Positions 18,247 to 28,916 of a DNA stretch of 64,000 bases are shown here, one piece after another. Below the pieces are notes generated by a model. The model had not been told where the DNA came from, made no database searches, and saw only the letters and a list, made by a program, of their open reading frames with translations. Source of the stretch: Candidatus Eiseniibacteriota bacterium (lineage in GTDB: Bacteria; Eisenbacteria; RBG-16-71-46; CAZAMP01); NCBI GenBank assembly GCA_965224245.1, contig OZ245046.1, positions 3,936,001-4,000,000 of the forward strand, read 5' to 3'. The number at the start of each line of letters is the position of its first letter. Position 1 is the stretch's first letter. Made by a program: the position numbers and the translations under genes.

Positions 18247-19467
18247 CTAGGCGAGCACCTCGCGAATGTGTCCGAGCGCCCAGTCGATGTCGTCCTTGCC
18301 GATGACGAGCGGCGGCGCGAACCGGATCACGTTGTCGTGCGTCTCCTTGCACAGGATGCCGCGATCCTTCAGCCGCTCGCAGTACGGGCGCGCCGGGCTC
18401 GCCGCATCGGTCAGCTCGACGCCGATCAGGAGGCCACGCCCGCGCACCTCCTTCACGTGCGGCGAGGCGATCGCGCGCAGCTCGGACATGAAGTACTCGC
18501 CGAGCGTCGCCGCGTTCTCGACGAGCTTCTCGTCGACGAGGATCCGGAGCGCCTCGCGGGCGACCGCGCAGGCCAGCGGATTGCCGCCGAACGTCGAGCC
18601 GTGGTCTCCGGGCTGGAAGACACCCATGACGTCGCGCCGACCGACGACAGCGGACACGGGATAGAAGCCCCCGCTGAGCGCCTTTCCGAGGATGTAGAGA
18701 TCCCCGCGCACACCCTCGTGATCGGCCGCGAAGAGCTTCCCGGTGCGCCCGAGACCGGTCTGGATCTCGTCGTCGATCAGGAGCACGAGGTTGGCATCGC
18801 AGAGGTCCCGCACGCGTCGCAGATAGCCGTCGGGGGGCACGATGACACCGCCCTCACCCTGCATCGGCTCGAGCAGGATCGCCACCGTGTTCGGCGTGAT
18901 CGCACCGGCGAGCGCGTCGGAGTCGCCGTACGGAACGCACACGAACCCGGGCGTGAACGGCCCGAAGCCATCCTTGTACTGCTCCTCGGACGAGAAGCCG
19001 ACGATCGTCGTCGTGCGCCCGTGGAAGTTGTTCTCGAAGACGATGATCTCGGCCGCACCGTCCGGCACGCCCTTGACGGTGTATCCCCACTTGCGCGCGG
19101 CCTTGATCGCGGTCTCGACGGCCTCGGCGCCGGAATTCATCGGCAGCACCGTGTCCATGCCGGTCAGCTCGCAGAGCTCCTTGCAGAACGGTCCCAGCTG
19201 AGCGTTGTGAAAGGCACGCGACGTGAGCGTGACCCGCTGGGCCTGCTCGGTCAGGGCCGCGACGAGGCGCGGATGGCAGTGTCCTTGATTGAGTGCGCTG
19301 TACGCCGAGAGACAATCCAGGTACCGATTCCCGTCGACGTCCCAGACCCACACGCCCTCGGCGCGCTCGATCACGACCGGGAGCGGATGATAGTTGTGTG
19401 CGCCATAGGCGTCGGCCATCGTGATGTGGTCTCGGGTCCGGCTACCGGCCGTGGTCGTGTTGGCCAT
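18247..19467 (-). CDS. rocD: Ornithine--oxo-acid aminotransferase
   Basis: [72 protein letters not shown]. Confidence 0.95.
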   Translation of the reverse strand: MANTTTAGSRTRDHITMADAYGAHNYHPLPVVIERAEGVWVWDVDGNRYLDCLSAYSALNQGHCHPRLVAALTEQAQRVTLTSRAFHNAQLGPFCKELCELTGMDTVLPMNSGAEAVETAIKAARKWGYTVKGVPDGAAEIIVFENNFHGRTTTIVGFSSEEQYKDGFGPFTPGFVCVPYGDSDALAGAITPNTVAILLEPMQGEGGVIVPPDGYLRRVRDLCDANLVLLIDDEIQTGLGRTGKLFAADHEGVRGDLYILGKALSGGFYPVSAVVGRRDVMGVFQPGDHGSTFGGNPLACAVAREALRILVDEKLVENAATLGEYFMSELRAIASPHVKEVRGRGLLIGVELTDAASPARPYCERLKDRGILCKETHDNVIRFAPPLVIGKDDIDWALGHIREVLA

Positions 19468-19627
19468 CGGTCGATCCTCCAGGTTCGGCGGTCTCATTGG
19501 CACCGGGTTGCCCGCCTCGGCGGGTCCGGATGATCGTCGAAATCGAACGAGTCTATCACGGGCCGTGTTGCGCGAAACAACCCGAGATCGGAGCTAAATC
19601 TGTACGGGTACAGACGTTGAGCGCACC

Positions 19628-20416
19628 TCAGCCGGTCGGTCCGGACGGCGTGATCGGCTCGGCCTCCTCGGGAGCCCGAAAGGCCGAGGGGGCGATCGCG
19701 GACCGATCGACTCCGACCAGCTCCACGGTCCGCCCGATCGATCGGTCCTCGTCGAGAGTCTCCACCCGTACGATCAGTCCCGGCGGCGTGCCGGGCGGCG
19801 GATCACGACGGAGGTCGCGCATGACGTCGACACCCCACGCGAGCGGGGGATGTCCCGCCCAGAATCGGCGGTAGTGCGAGAAGACCGCGACGTCCTCGCC
19901 GAGAACGCCGGCGCTGTCGGGGTCCACCGTCCACACCCGCGCCTCGAGCACCTCTCCGTCGAGGATGTCGTAGCCGGTGGCGCCGAGGGACCTCCACGTG
20001 CGATCGCGGCCGTTGGGGCGTGCGCTGCGCTCGTCCCCCGGAACCGGCGCGATCGGGGGGAGCTGCGCGCGAACGGCATCCCGCTCGGCGGCCGGAAGTC
20101 GGGCGAGGGCCTCGTCGACCGCCGCGCTCGACGCCTCGGCCCGCCGGATCATCCCCAGCGCCGTCTCTTCGGTGACGATCCGCGCCACGTCCCGCGCGCG
20201 ATCGATCAGCCAGGTGGTGGCCTCGGACGCACGAAACAGGACGACGTGGTCGCCCGACTCCAGCGAGAACGCATCGGGGCTCACCCGGCAGACCACGGTG
20301 GCCGGCTCGTCCCCGGTGGTGACCCGGTAGTCGAAGGTGACGTCGGCGCCGGCGACCGCCGCGGACGACGCCGCCGTGATCAACACCCCGGCCACCCGTC
20401 GAAACCCGATGCACAT
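19628..20416 (-). CDS. Secreted hypothetical protein (DUF4412-like)
   Basis: 3' part of the 740-aa track ORF (the rest is antisense to the ABC genes). Signal peptide, beta-rich core, and a C-terminal IAPSAFRAP typical of DUF4412/LolA-like proteins. Confidence 0.6.
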   Translation of the reverse strand: MCIGFRRVAGVLITAASSAAVAGADVTFDYRVTTGDEPATVVCRVSPDAFSLESGDHVVLFRASEATTWLIDRARDVARIVTEETALGMIRRAEASSAAVDEALARLPAAERDAVRAQLPPIAPVPGDERSARPNGRDRTWRSLGATGYDILDGEVLEARVWTVDPDSAGVLGEDVAVFSHYRRFWAGHPPLAWGVDVMRDLRRDPPPGTPPGLIVRVETLDEDRSIGRTVELVGVDRSAIAPSAFRAPEEAEPITPSGPTG

Positions 20417-20521
20417 GTGTTCGGTACCTCTCCTGGCCGGCCCGTCCGCGAGCCTCGCGGGCCGCCACCGGGTCCAGCGGACGTTTGACCCCGCCACGAC
20501 GACGCCTATACGATGCCCGCC

Positions 20522-21478
20522 ATGACACACGTTCTCGAGGTCGCCGACGTCGTCAAGACGTTCGGCAAGCACCGCGCCGTCGACGGCGTCAGCTTCCAGG
20601 TGCGCGCCGGCCGTATCTTCGGCCTGCTCGGCCCCAACGGCGCCGGCAAGAGTACGACGATTCGCATGATCATGAACATCATCGTGCCCGATTCGGGCTC
20701 GATTCGCGTGTTCGGCGAGCGTCAGGACGGTAACCAGAACGACCGGATCGGGTTCCTTCCCGAGGAGCGCGGCCTCTACCGGAAGATGACCGTCCGAGAC
20801 CATCTTCTCTTTCTCGGCGAGATCCGGGGCGTTCGCAAGGAGAAGGCGGGGCCACGGATCGACGAGTGGCTGGAGCGGATGGGCCTCGTCGAGTGGGCCG
20901 GGAACAAGGTCGAAGAGCTGTCCAAGGGCATGCAGCAGAAGATCCAGTTCATCGGCACGATGCTGGCCGATCCCCCGATCCTCATCCTGGACGAGCCGTT
21001 CAGCGGGCTGGATCCGATCAACGTCATCCAGCTCAAGGAGACGCTGATCCACGCCCGCGAGGCCGGAAAGGCCATCATCTTCTCCACGCACGTGCTCGAG
21101 CAGGCCGAGAAGCTCTGCGACGACATCTGCCTGATCAAGGACGGCCGGATCATCCTGCACGGCGACCTGGACCGCGTGCGCGAGCAGTTCCGGCTGCCCC
21201 TGTACCGGGTACGCGGGACCGGACTCGAGAGGCTCGAGGGGCTGCCCGGCGTCAAGTCGATCACGCGGGAGCAGCGGGAAGACGAACCGGACGAGCTGTC
21301 GGACGCCACGATCGAGGCGACGCGTGAGGACACGCGACGGGTCGAGCTCGAGGACGACTCGGCGCGGGCCGCGTTCCTGACCGCCGCGCTGGCCGCGGCC
21401 GACCTGACCGAGTTCCGAGCGCTCGAGCCCGATCTGGAATCGATCTTCATCGAGGCGGTGAGTCATGCGGCTCGATAG
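20522..21478 (+). CDS. ABC transporter ATP-binding protein (NatA/YhaQ-like)
   Basis: Walker A GPNGAGKST, signature LSKGMQQK, Walker B ILILDEPFSGLD, H-loop STH. -10 TACGAT 7 nt before the ATG. Confidence 0.95.
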   Translation: MTHVLEVADVVKTFGKHRAVDGVSFQVRAGRIFGLLGPNGAGKSTTIRMIMNIIVPDSGSIRVFGERQDGNQNDRIGFLPEERGLYRKMTVRDHLLFLGEIRGVRKEKAGPRIDEWLERMGLVEWAGNKVEELSKGMQQKIQFIGTMLADPPILILDEPFSGLDPINVIQLKETLIHAREAGKAIIFSTHVLEQAEKLCDDICLIKDGRIILHGDLDRVREQFRLPLYRVRGTGLERLEGLPGVKSITREQREDEPDELSDATIEATREDTRRVELEDDSARAAFLTAALAAADLTEFRALEPDLESIFIEAVSHAAR

Positions 21479-22718
21479 GTTCGCCGCCGTGGTCCGGCGC
21501 GAGTACATGACCCGCGTTCGCACGAAGGGCTTCTGGATCGCCACCGCGGCGTTTCCGCTCCTGTTCGGGGCGATGACCGTCGGCCCCTCGCTGATCGCCG
21601 AGAAGCAGCGCGAGCAGACCGTCCTCGGGTTCGTCGACGAGACCGGCCGCATCGAGGGAGGATTTCGTGCTCGCGTAGCCGAGCTCGCCGGGGCGGGCAA
21701 CTTCCCCGTGGAGATCGTCAGCTTCCCGCCGGGCACCGCCGCGGACTCGCTCGACGCCCGGGTGCTCCGGGACGACGTCGACGCGTACATCGTCGTGACC
21801 GAATCCTCGATCCAGGGCAGCGAGGTCTCGTACCACGCCAGGGTCACCACGAACTTCCAGATTCAGCAGATCATCCGCCAGGAGCTGGACCGGCTGTTCA
21901 CGAGGGACCGGCTCACCGCGGGCGGGTTCGACCCCGAGCGCATCGCCGAGCTCACGACGCGGCTCCGGCTCGATACGGTCGGCGTGGGCGCGGACGGAGA
22001 CGCCGGCGGTGGCGAGACGCGTTTCTTCTTCGCGTTCATCATCTTCATGATGCTGTACCTGATGATCGCCATTCACGGTCAGAACATCATGCGCAGCATC
22101 ATCGAGGAACGCTCGTCGAAGATCGTGGACGTGTTGATCACGGCGCTCAAGCCGACCGAGCTGCTCTTCGGCAAGATCGCCGGGGTCAGCGGGGCCACGC
22201 TCACGCAGCTCTTCGTGTGGGTCACGTCGGCGGCGCTCATCCGACGGCTCCTGGCCGACTCGCTGACCGACTCGATCGGGGCCCTGCCGTCGCTCCCGCC
22301 GTCGATGCTCGTGCACCTCGTGCTGTTCTTCGTCATGGGCTTTCTCCTGTACGCGAGCCTCTTCGCGATGGTGGGCGCCACACATACGAACGACCAGGAG
22401 GCGCAGCAGTACGTCTGGGTGGTATCGATGCCGCTGATGGCGTGTGCGTTCATCCTGATGGGTGTGGTCACGGCGCCGTCCTCGACGCTGAACGTGGTCC
22501 TGTCGGTGATCCCGTTCTTCGCGCCCCTCATCATGCTGACGCGCATGCTCGTCTCGTCCGTTCCCGCCTGGCAGGTGGCGGTGAGCTACGCTCTGCTGGC
22601 CGCGATGATCGCGTTGCTCCTGACCGGCGCCGCGCGCGTCTACCGGGTCGGGATCCTGATGACCGGCAAGCGTCCGACGCTCGGTGAGATCGTCCGCTGG
22701 ATCCGACAGGCGTCGTAG
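21465..22718 (+). CDS. ABC transporter permease (NatB/YhaP-like)
   Basis: REYMTRVRTKGF, a large extracellular loop, IIEERSSKIVDVL, LLFGKIAG, six C-terminal TMs; overlaps the ATPase stop. Confidence 0.92.
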   Translation: MRLDRFAAVVRREYMTRVRTKGFWIATAAFPLLFGAMTVGPSLIAEKQREQTVLGFVDETGRIEGGFRARVAELAGAGNFPVEIVSFPPGTAADSLDARVLRDDVDAYIVVTESSIQGSEVSYHARVTTNFQIQQIIRQELDRLFTRDRLTAGGFDPERIAELTTRLRLDTVGVGADGDAGGGETRFFFAFIIFMMLYLMIAIHGQNIMRSIIEERSSKIVDVLITALKPTELLFGKIAGVSGATLTQLFVWVTSAALIRRLLADSLTDSIGALPSLPPSMLVHLVLFFVMGFLLYASLFAMVGATHTNDQEAQQYVWVVSMPLMACAFILMGVVTAPSSTLNVVLSVIPFFAPLIMLTRMLVSSVPAWQVAVSYALLAAMIALLLTGAARVYRVGILMTGKRPTLGEIVRWIRQAS

Positions 22719-22723
22719 CCACG

Positions 22724-24517
22724 ATGCCGCCCCGGCGTCGACAGATCGCGTTCGTCCTGGCCGCCGCGGCGCTGCACCTCTGTGTACTCGCCTGGTTCTG
22801 GGCCACCGATCCGTTCGCGGCGAGCCCGATCGTGGACGCGTACCGCTACGACACCCTGGCGCGCGCGCTGGTCGCGAACGGCTTCTCGGTCGAAGGTCCA
22901 CATCATCAGGCGCCGTTCTATCCCTACTGGCTCGCGGCGCTCTACCGGATCTCGCCGTCCCTGCCGTTCGTGTTCATGGTGCAGGCCCTCGTGGCCGCGG
23001 CCGTGGTGCTCCTGGTCGTCCGCGTCGCCGGACGGTGGTTCGGCCGGCGGGCGGCCACGATCGCCGGCGTGCTCGCGCTCGCCTCCGGACCGCTCGCGTT
23101 GTTCGCACCGCGCCTCCTGCCGACGGTCCCCGCCCTGGCACTCCAGCTCCTGTGGCTGGATCGGATCCCCGGCGAGAACGTGCGCGCCCGCGCGTGGATC
23201 CTGCCGGGAGTCGTTCTGGGGGTCGCGTGCCTGGCGCGCCCCAACCTGCTCCTGATCGTCCCCTGGGGCGTGGCGCTGATCCTGACCGGACGCGCCCGCC
23301 CGCGCGCGGTGGGCACGATGCTCGTGGCGGCCGCGCTCGTGGTGGCCCCCGTCACGCTGCACAACCTCCGCCAGGGCGAGGGGCTGATTCTGATCTCGGC
23401 CAATGCGGGCGAGACGTTCTCACACGGCAACAACCCGTCCGCACGGGGCGGCTACGCACCGGTGGCCGGGCTCCGCGGGGCCGACATCCTCCGGCAGGCC
23501 GACGTGGCCCGCGAGCTGGCCGAAACGGAGGAGGGCCGTGCGCTCTCGACCGCCGACGTCCAGCGGTACTGGCTCCGGCGCGGGATGTCGTTCCTGACCG
23601 GGAATCCGTCACACGCCGGATGGCTCATCCTCCAGAAGGCGCGGCTGATGCTCGGCGCCGAGGAGACACCCGACATCTACTCCGCGCGTCTCGAGGGCGC
23701 GCGCTACACCGCCGCCTTCCGGCTGCTCGCGGTGTCGCTCCCCTGGACGATCCCGTTCGTCTTGCTCGGGGTCGTTCGCCGGCGGCGGGAGATCGATCCC
23801 TGGTACCTGGGGCTTCTCTGCACGCACGCGATCACGATGCTCGTGTTCTACGTCAGCAACCGGTACCGGGCGCCGCTGGACGTGCTGCTTCTCCCGCTCG
23901 CGGCGGCGGGCCTGTCGGCCGGTCGGACCGCGCTCGGAGATCGACGCTCGCTCGCCGCGATCGCCGCCGGCGTCGCGCTGATCGCCGTCCTCGTCCTGAC
24001 CGCCGAGGACACCGACCGGGACGACGCCGGGATCATCCTGACGAACCTGGGGACGACGCTCGCCCGCGCCGATCGGCTCGACGCCGCCGTCCCGGTCTTT
24101 CGCGAGGCGACCGAGGTCCGGCCCGGCTGGGCGCGGGGCCATCACTATCTCGGGCGCGCGCTCGCGCGCGGGGGCGACGTACCGGGCGCGCTGGAGTCGC
24201 TCCGGCGAGCGGTCGGGCTGGAGCCCGAGCTGGCCGAGGCGCGACTGGACCTCGTCCGTGCTTACCTCACGCTGGGTCAGCCCGACGCCGCGGCGTCCGA
24301 GCTGGCGGCGCTGGCCACCGCGCCGCGGCTCGAGTGGGACGTGATCGTGCCGGCGTCTCGCTTCGCCGAGCAGCTCGGACTCGACGACGTCGTCCGGCGA
24401 CTCGTCCTGGGGAGCGGCACGTGCGAGGCAGCCGCCGGCCGACTCCGGACGGCCGCCCTGTCTCCGGAGCACCGGGACGAGATCCGCGCCCGGCTGGGCC
24501 GGCTCTGCGGGTCCTGA
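22724..24517 (+). CDS. GT-C fold (PMT/ArnT-like) glycosyltransferase with C-terminal TPRs
   Basis: DAYRYD loop, PFYPYWLA, LARPN, RYRAP, multiple TMs, and C-terminal TPR motifs (NLG...A...FREA). Confidence 0.8.
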   Translation: MPPRRRQIAFVLAAAALHLCVLAWFWATDPFAASPIVDAYRYDTLARALVANGFSVEGPHHQAPFYPYWLAALYRISPSLPFVFMVQALVAAAVVLLVVRVAGRWFGRRAATIAGVLALASGPLALFAPRLLPTVPALALQLLWLDRIPGENVRARAWILPGVVLGVACLARPNLLLIVPWGVALILTGRARPRAVGTMLVAAALVVAPVTLHNLRQGEGLILISANAGETFSHGNNPSARGGYAPVAGLRGADILRQADVARELAETEEGRALSTADVQRYWLRRGMSFLTGNPSHAGWLILQKARLMLGAEETPDIYSARLEGARYTAAFRLLAVSLPWTIPFVLLGVVRRRREIDPWYLGLLCTHAITMLVFYVSNRYRAPLDVLLLPLAAAGLSAGRTALGDRRSLAAIAAGVALIAVLVLTAEDTDRDDAGIILTNLGTTLARADRLDAAVPVFREATEVRPGWARGHHYLGRALARGGDVPGALESLRRAVGLEPELAEARLDLVRAYLTLGQPDAAASELAALATAPRLEWDVIVPASRFAEQLGLDDVVRRLVLGSGTCEAAAGRLRTAALSPEHRDEIRARLGRLCGS

Positions 24518-24614
24518 CCCCGATCGCTCTCACGCGGCTCTCATGCGCGGCGAGGCACAATGAGGCTCGCTCGGTCCTGCACGCTTCTGGACGGCGCCAC
24601 CGAGGAGGTCCTTC

Positions 24615-25484
24615 GTGGAGTCCATCGCCACCGGTCTCGCGTCGCTGGTCGTGCTCGTCACGACCGTCGCCGCCGCGCTCCCCGCCGGAGCCGTTCGCGG
24701 TCACCTGGAAACGCTCGATCTACCGGCACACCTGCGCGACCGCGGGGACGGAACTCCTCTGTCGATGTTCGGCACCTACGTGCAGCCGCGTCAGCTCCTC
24801 GTCTACCCGTTCTTCGAGTTCTACCGGGATCACGACCACGAGTACGCGCCGAACGACCTCGGCTATGGAGAGGACGTCGACTACCGCGGCGAGTACGAGG
24901 CCACCGAGGAGCTCATCTTCGTGGCGTACGGCATCACGAGGCGGCTCGCCGTCGAGGTCGAGGCGGCGATCATCCAGGCCGAGCTCGAGCGGAGCCCGGA
25001 GGACCGCTCGGGCGTGCCCGACGAGATCGAGGAGTCCGGGCTCGGCGACGTCGAGGGCCAGATCCGCTACCGCTGGATCGAGGAGGACGCGGGGGGACCG
25101 GGCCTCTTTTCGTACCTCGAGACGGTGATCCCCACACAGGACCCGGGCTCGCTGATCGGCACCACGGACTGGGAGTTCAAGCTCGGCACCTGCGTCGTCC
25201 GCGGGTTCGGGTTCGGCACCGTCACGCTGCGCGCGGCGGTCGAGTACGATCGCGCCGAGGACAAGGGCGAGCTCGGGGAGCTGGCGGTCGAGTACCTCCG
25301 CCGCGTCTCGGGATCCTGGCGGGTGTACCTGGGGGTGGAGGGCACGCAGGACGAGGTCGAGCTGATCCCCGAGCTCCAGTGGCACGCCAGCCCACGCGTC
25401 GTGGTCAAGCTGAGCAACGGGATCGGGCTCACGTCGAAGGCGACGGACTGGGCGCCGGAGCTCGGGGTGCTGCTGTCGCCGTGA
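24615..25484 (+). CDS. Putative outer-membrane beta-barrel (MetA-pathway/transporter-like)
   Basis: GGAGG SD before the GTG, signal peptide, VAYGITRRLAVEV, GLGDVEGQIRYRW and alternating beta-strand pattern. Confidence 0.65.
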   Translation: MESIATGLASLVVLVTTVAAALPAGAVRGHLETLDLPAHLRDRGDGTPLSMFGTYVQPRQLLVYPFFEFYRDHDHEYAPNDLGYGEDVDYRGEYEATEELIFVAYGITRRLAVEVEAAIIQAELERSPEDRSGVPDEIEESGLGDVEGQIRYRWIEEDAGGPGLFSYLETVIPTQDPGSLIGTTDWEFKLGTCVVRGFGFGTVTLRAAVEYDRAEDKGELGELAVEYLRRVSGSWRVYLGVEGTQDEVELIPELQWHASPRVVVKLSNGIGLTSKATDWAPELGVLLSP

Positions 25485-25497
25485 GTCCCGGAACGGG

Positions 25498-26553
25498 CTA
25501 GCCATCCTCGTCCATCGACCGGAGGATCCGCACGTAGTTTGCGTATCGCCATCCGGTGACGTCCCCGCGCTCGCACGCCCTGCGCACGGCGCAGTCAGGC
25601 TCGTGGTCGTGCGTGCACGCACTGAAGCGACAGTCCGCGATCCACGCCTCGAACTCGGGGTACGCCAGCCGGAGCTGGTGCGCGTCCAGCGGCTCCAGCC
25701 CGAACGCGCGCACCCCCGGCGTGTCGACGATGAAGCCCCCGCCGTCCAGCTCGAGCAACGACGAGCGCGTCGTCGTGTGCGTTCCCTTCTGGCTGTACTC
25801 CGAGACGTCGCCGGTGCGAAGCCGCAGCCCGGGCTGTATCGCGTTCAGGAGCGACGACTTTCCGGCGCCCGAGGGACCGACGACGACCGACGTCTTCCCC
25901 GCGAGCGCACCGACCAGTGCGTCGAGGCCCTCGCCGGTGTGCGCGCTGACGCGGTGGCACGCGAACCCGACCGAGCGGTAGACCGACGCGACGTCCGCCG
26001 AAGACGCATCCTCGGCGACGGTCGCATCGTCCGGGTCGGGGACGGCCGCGCCGTCAGGGACGGCAGCGCCGTCAGGGACGGCGGCGTCACCGGACGGCCC
26101 GTCCTCGAGGTCGATCTTGTTGATCACGATGATCGGCGTGATGTCGGCACTCGCAGACGCGGCCAGGCATCGATCGATGAACCCCGTCCGCAGCGCCGGG
26201 CGACGCGTGGACGTCACGATGACCGTCTGATCGAGATTGGCCGCGAACACGTGTCGCACGCCCCGGCGCTTGGTCGCCATGCGGGTCAACGCGTTCCGCC
26301 GGGGAAGGACCTCGTGCACGACCCACTCCCCGGCGGACGGCTCGTCCACCCGCACCCGATCCCCCACCACGAGCACGTTGGTCTCGCGCCGGGCACCGCG
26401 TCCCAGTCGCGCGCGATGCGCGCACTCCACCACGCGGCCGGACGGCTCGAGGCGCACCCGGCTCCGACGGGCATGCACCTCCACGACGGTCCCCACCTCT
26501 GGACTCAGGGCTCCTCCTCGCCGTTCGTGACGTCTCTCGGCTCCGGGCTCCAA
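25498..26553 (-). CDS. rsgA: Ribosome small subunit-dependent GTPase A
   Basis: OB fold, circularly permuted GTPase NKID / GPSGAGKSS / HTT / DTPG, and zinc finger CRFSACTHDHEPDC. Start is uncertain. Confidence 0.95.
   Translation of the reverse strand: MEPGAERRHERRGGALSPEVGTVVEVHARRSRVRLEPSGRVVECAHRARLGRGARRETNVLVVGDRVRVDEPSAGEWVVHEVLPRRNALTRMATKRRGVRHVFAANLDQTVIVTSTRRPALRTGFIDRCLAASASADITPIIVINKIDLEDGPSGDAAVPDGAAVPDGAAVPDPDDATVAEDASSADVASVYRSVGFACHRVSAHTGEGLDALVGALAGKTSVVVGPSGAGKSSLLNAIQPGLRLRTGDVSEYSQKGTHTTTRSSLLELDGGGFIVDTPGVRAFGLEPLDAHQLRLAYPEFEAWIADCRFSACTHDHEPDCAVRRACERGDVTGWRYANYVRILRSMDEDG
26039..26092. repeat. In-frame 18-bp tandem repeat (about 3 copies) within rsgA
   Basis: gggacggccgcgccgtca / gggacggcagcgccgtca / gggacggcggcgtcaccg, encoding (D/G)AAVPD x3. 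Confidence 0.85.
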
Positions 26554-26719
26554 CGGAAAGGATTGTAATCACGTCAATTATGCGGCCTCAAGCCGGAGGC
26601 CGACGCTTGCGGGGTGGCGACGCGGTTTGCTACCGTTTGCGCCTGCCGCGAGCGGGCGATCGAGAGCCGAGAGCCGCACCTGGAGCCGGCACACAATCAG
26701 GGGTGAGGAAGGGCTGAAG

Positions 26720-27349
26720 ATGAGGACCATCGGTACGTGGCTGGGTGCCGTCGCCATCTCGTTGATGTTCGCGACCTCCGACGCGTTCGCGCAGTTCACG
26801 ACCTTCGAGGAGCAGTCGAGCGAGACCAAGTGGGGCGCGTCGTTCTTCTCGGGAGGCGACGTGGACAGCCTGGGGAACGTGCTCCTCGGGTTTCGCGTGA
26901 ACTACAAGCTCCTCGAGGTCGATCCCCTGGCGCGACTGAGCCCCGAAGGGGGTCTCGAGGTGCGGAAGAACTACGTCCTTCTCAAGATCGGCGCCCGGGG
27001 CGACTCGCGGGAGTTCATGCGATTCTCGGCGTTCGGCGGTGCCGGCGTGCTCAGGATCCAGGACTTCACGAACAGCGGCGACAGCGACTTCGGCTCGGAC
27101 GAGAGCTGGTACGTGAACTTCGGCGCCAAGTTCCGCCTGCCGTCGCTCCAGGGCACGCCGGTGCTGGGCGGCATCCTCGGCGGCATTCCGCTCGAGAACG
27201 TGTCGCTGTTCGTGGCCGAGGAGCTCACGGGGCTCGAGAATCCCACCTCGGACGAGGGTGCGCCCGAGTTCGGCGTCAACGAGTGGTATCCGTACTCGAT
27301 ACAGATCGGCGTCATGGTGGGCTCGGCCAGCGGCTGGCACACGGAGTGA
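26720..27349 (+). CDS. Exported, probably outer-membrane beta-barrel hypothetical protein
   Basis: Signal peptide ending AFA-Q, amphipathic strands (FSAFGGAG, WYVNFGAKF, IQIGVMV), strong codon bias. Confidence 0.7.
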   Translation: MRTIGTWLGAVAISLMFATSDAFAQFTTFEEQSSETKWGASFFSGGDVDSLGNVLLGFRVNYKLLEVDPLARLSPEGGLEVRKNYVLLKIGARGDSREFMRFSAFGGAGVLRIQDFTNSGDSDFGSDESWYVNFGAKFRLPSLQGTPVLGGILGGIPLENVSLFVAEELTGLENPTSDEGAPEFGVNEWYPYSIQIGVMVGSASGWHTE

Positions 27350-27458
27350 CCGTCACGGCCGGCGACCGGCCGTCCCCTCTCCCCTTGAACGCGAACGCGG
27401 CTCCGAGACCGAAGCCGCGTCCGAGTGACCGGTGTATCGAGGCCGATCCGCCGGCGAT

Positions 27459-28916
27459 CTACTGGACCAGAGCGGCCAGGTCGTCGCCGAGGAGGAGCCT
27501 GGGCGCGGTGCGCCCGCCGACCGGAATGGTCAGCGCCGCTCCCCACGTCCCGGCCGGAAGGCGATCTGTCACCGCGCCGTCGGCGGTGCTCACGCAGAAC
27601 CCGTCCTTGCCCTCGACGATCACTCCGACCGCGTCGAAGGCGTCGGCCGTCGGGAACGACACGTCGAGCTGATCCCGCTCCAGCAGCACGAGCCCGGCGT
27701 CCACGTCCACCGCTCGCAGCATGGCCGCGATCAGCACCGCCTGATCCAGCGCGGTGGCACACGATGCGCCCAGCGTCTCCTTCGGCCCCATCAGCATCCC
27801 GAGACTGATCGCCATCGGAAGCCGTACCTGCTCCTGGCGTCCGAGAACGGCGGCCGCGATGCGTTTGGCCTTGTCCCGCGCGTCGTGCGCGCCGGCGGTC
27901 ACCGATCGGGCCTCGCGCCCCACGCTCTTCTCGTCCTCGAGGGGCTCCTGGAAGGACTGCCGCATGAGCTGAGCCGCCACCGAGTCCCACGCGAGCCGCC
28001 CGTACGCGGCCTGGGTCGGCTTGGTCGACTGGTCCGCGCGCTCGCCCTGGATGCGGTCGGACATGAAGCGGCCGGTTAGCTCCTGCGCGCTGACGATGGG
28101 CCCGCCACCCCCGAAAGACTCTCCGGTGGCACGACCGTCGGTGTCGGCGAGTCCGCGGCGGATGGCCATCGGCTCGAAGAGCCACGTCGTCTGGACCACG
28201 CGCGGATGCTGCCCGTCCGAGAGCGCGGGGATGTTGGCCTCGCCCCAGCGGAAGCGCCAGCTCGTGGGCTTCTCCCAGTGCTCGTGCGGAACGCTCCCGT
28301 GAGAGGAGCCGGCCCACCAGTTGAACCCCGGCGACTGACGTCCACCCATGAGCTCGCTGGAGACCTCGATCACGATGTCCGACTGCAGCGACGGCAGCTC
28401 GCGGTCGAACGTGTGAGTGTAGTGCGGATTGACGCCCTCGATCTTCAGCTCGAGATGCATCGCCACGAAGTCGCCGGCCTCGAGGTCGTCGAGATCGGCC
28501 GTCCACAGCTCGTAGTCGTCGTAGCCGTCACACTCGTGCGAGGTCTTCGTGACCTTGAGCTTCTCGACCGCGTCGGGCCGGATCCGGGTGACCTCGAGCT
28601 TCTTGATCTCGTGTCCCGGGAACGACTCCTCGACCAGGCGAGAATGCTGACCGAGATCACCGGGATCGCGTACGAAGAGGATCCAGTCGCGACCGACCTC
28701 GGTCTCCACGCCGTCGCCGGTGGGACCGAGGCGGACGTGGTCGCGGTCCAGCACGACGACCGCGGACGCGTCGAACTGCGACATCAGTGAATCGCGCATG
28801 GCCGCATCCTGGTAGCGGCTCCACTTGTTCTTCTGCCGGCGGGCCTCGGCGTCGGTGGCGAACGATCCGACGATCACGGCGAGCGCCAGGATGAGCAGTG
28901 AGGTTCGACCAGACAT
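27459..28916 (-). CDS. DUF3857 plus transglutaminase-like exported protein (catalytic triad degenerate)
   Basis: Signal peptide, ASAVVVLD, LEAGDFV, FRWGEANIPAL, PKETL...ALDQAVLIAAMLRAVDVDA. Confidence 0.7.
   Translation of the reverse strand: MSGRTSLLILALAVIVGSFATDAEARRQKNKWSRYQDAAMRDSLMSQFDASAVVVLDRDHVRLGPTGDGVETEVGRDWILFVRDPGDLGQHSRLVEESFPGHEIKKLEVTRIRPDAVEKLKVTKTSHECDGYDDYELWTADLDDLEAGDFVAMHLELKIEGVNPHYTHTFDRELPSLQSDIVIEVSSELMGGRQSPGFNWWAGSSHGSVPHEHWEKPTSWRFRWGEANIPALSDGQHPRVVQTTWLFEPMAIRRGLADTDGRATGESFGGGGPIVSAQELTGRFMSDRIQGERADQSTKPTQAAYGRLAWDSVAAQLMRQSFQEPLEDEKSVGREARSVTAGAHDARDKAKRIAAAVLGRQEQVRLPMAISLGMLMGPKETLGASCATALDQAVLIAAMLRAVDVDAGLVLLERDQLDVSFPTADAFDAVGVIVEGKDGFCVSTADGAVTDRLPAGTWGAALTIPVGGRTAPRLLLGDDLAALVQ

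Noticed and set aside
26615-26631. Sigma54 promoter TGGCGACGCGGTTTGCT
   Set aside because: GG-to-GC spacing is 11 nt rather than the required 10. The similar sequence near 19498 has 9.
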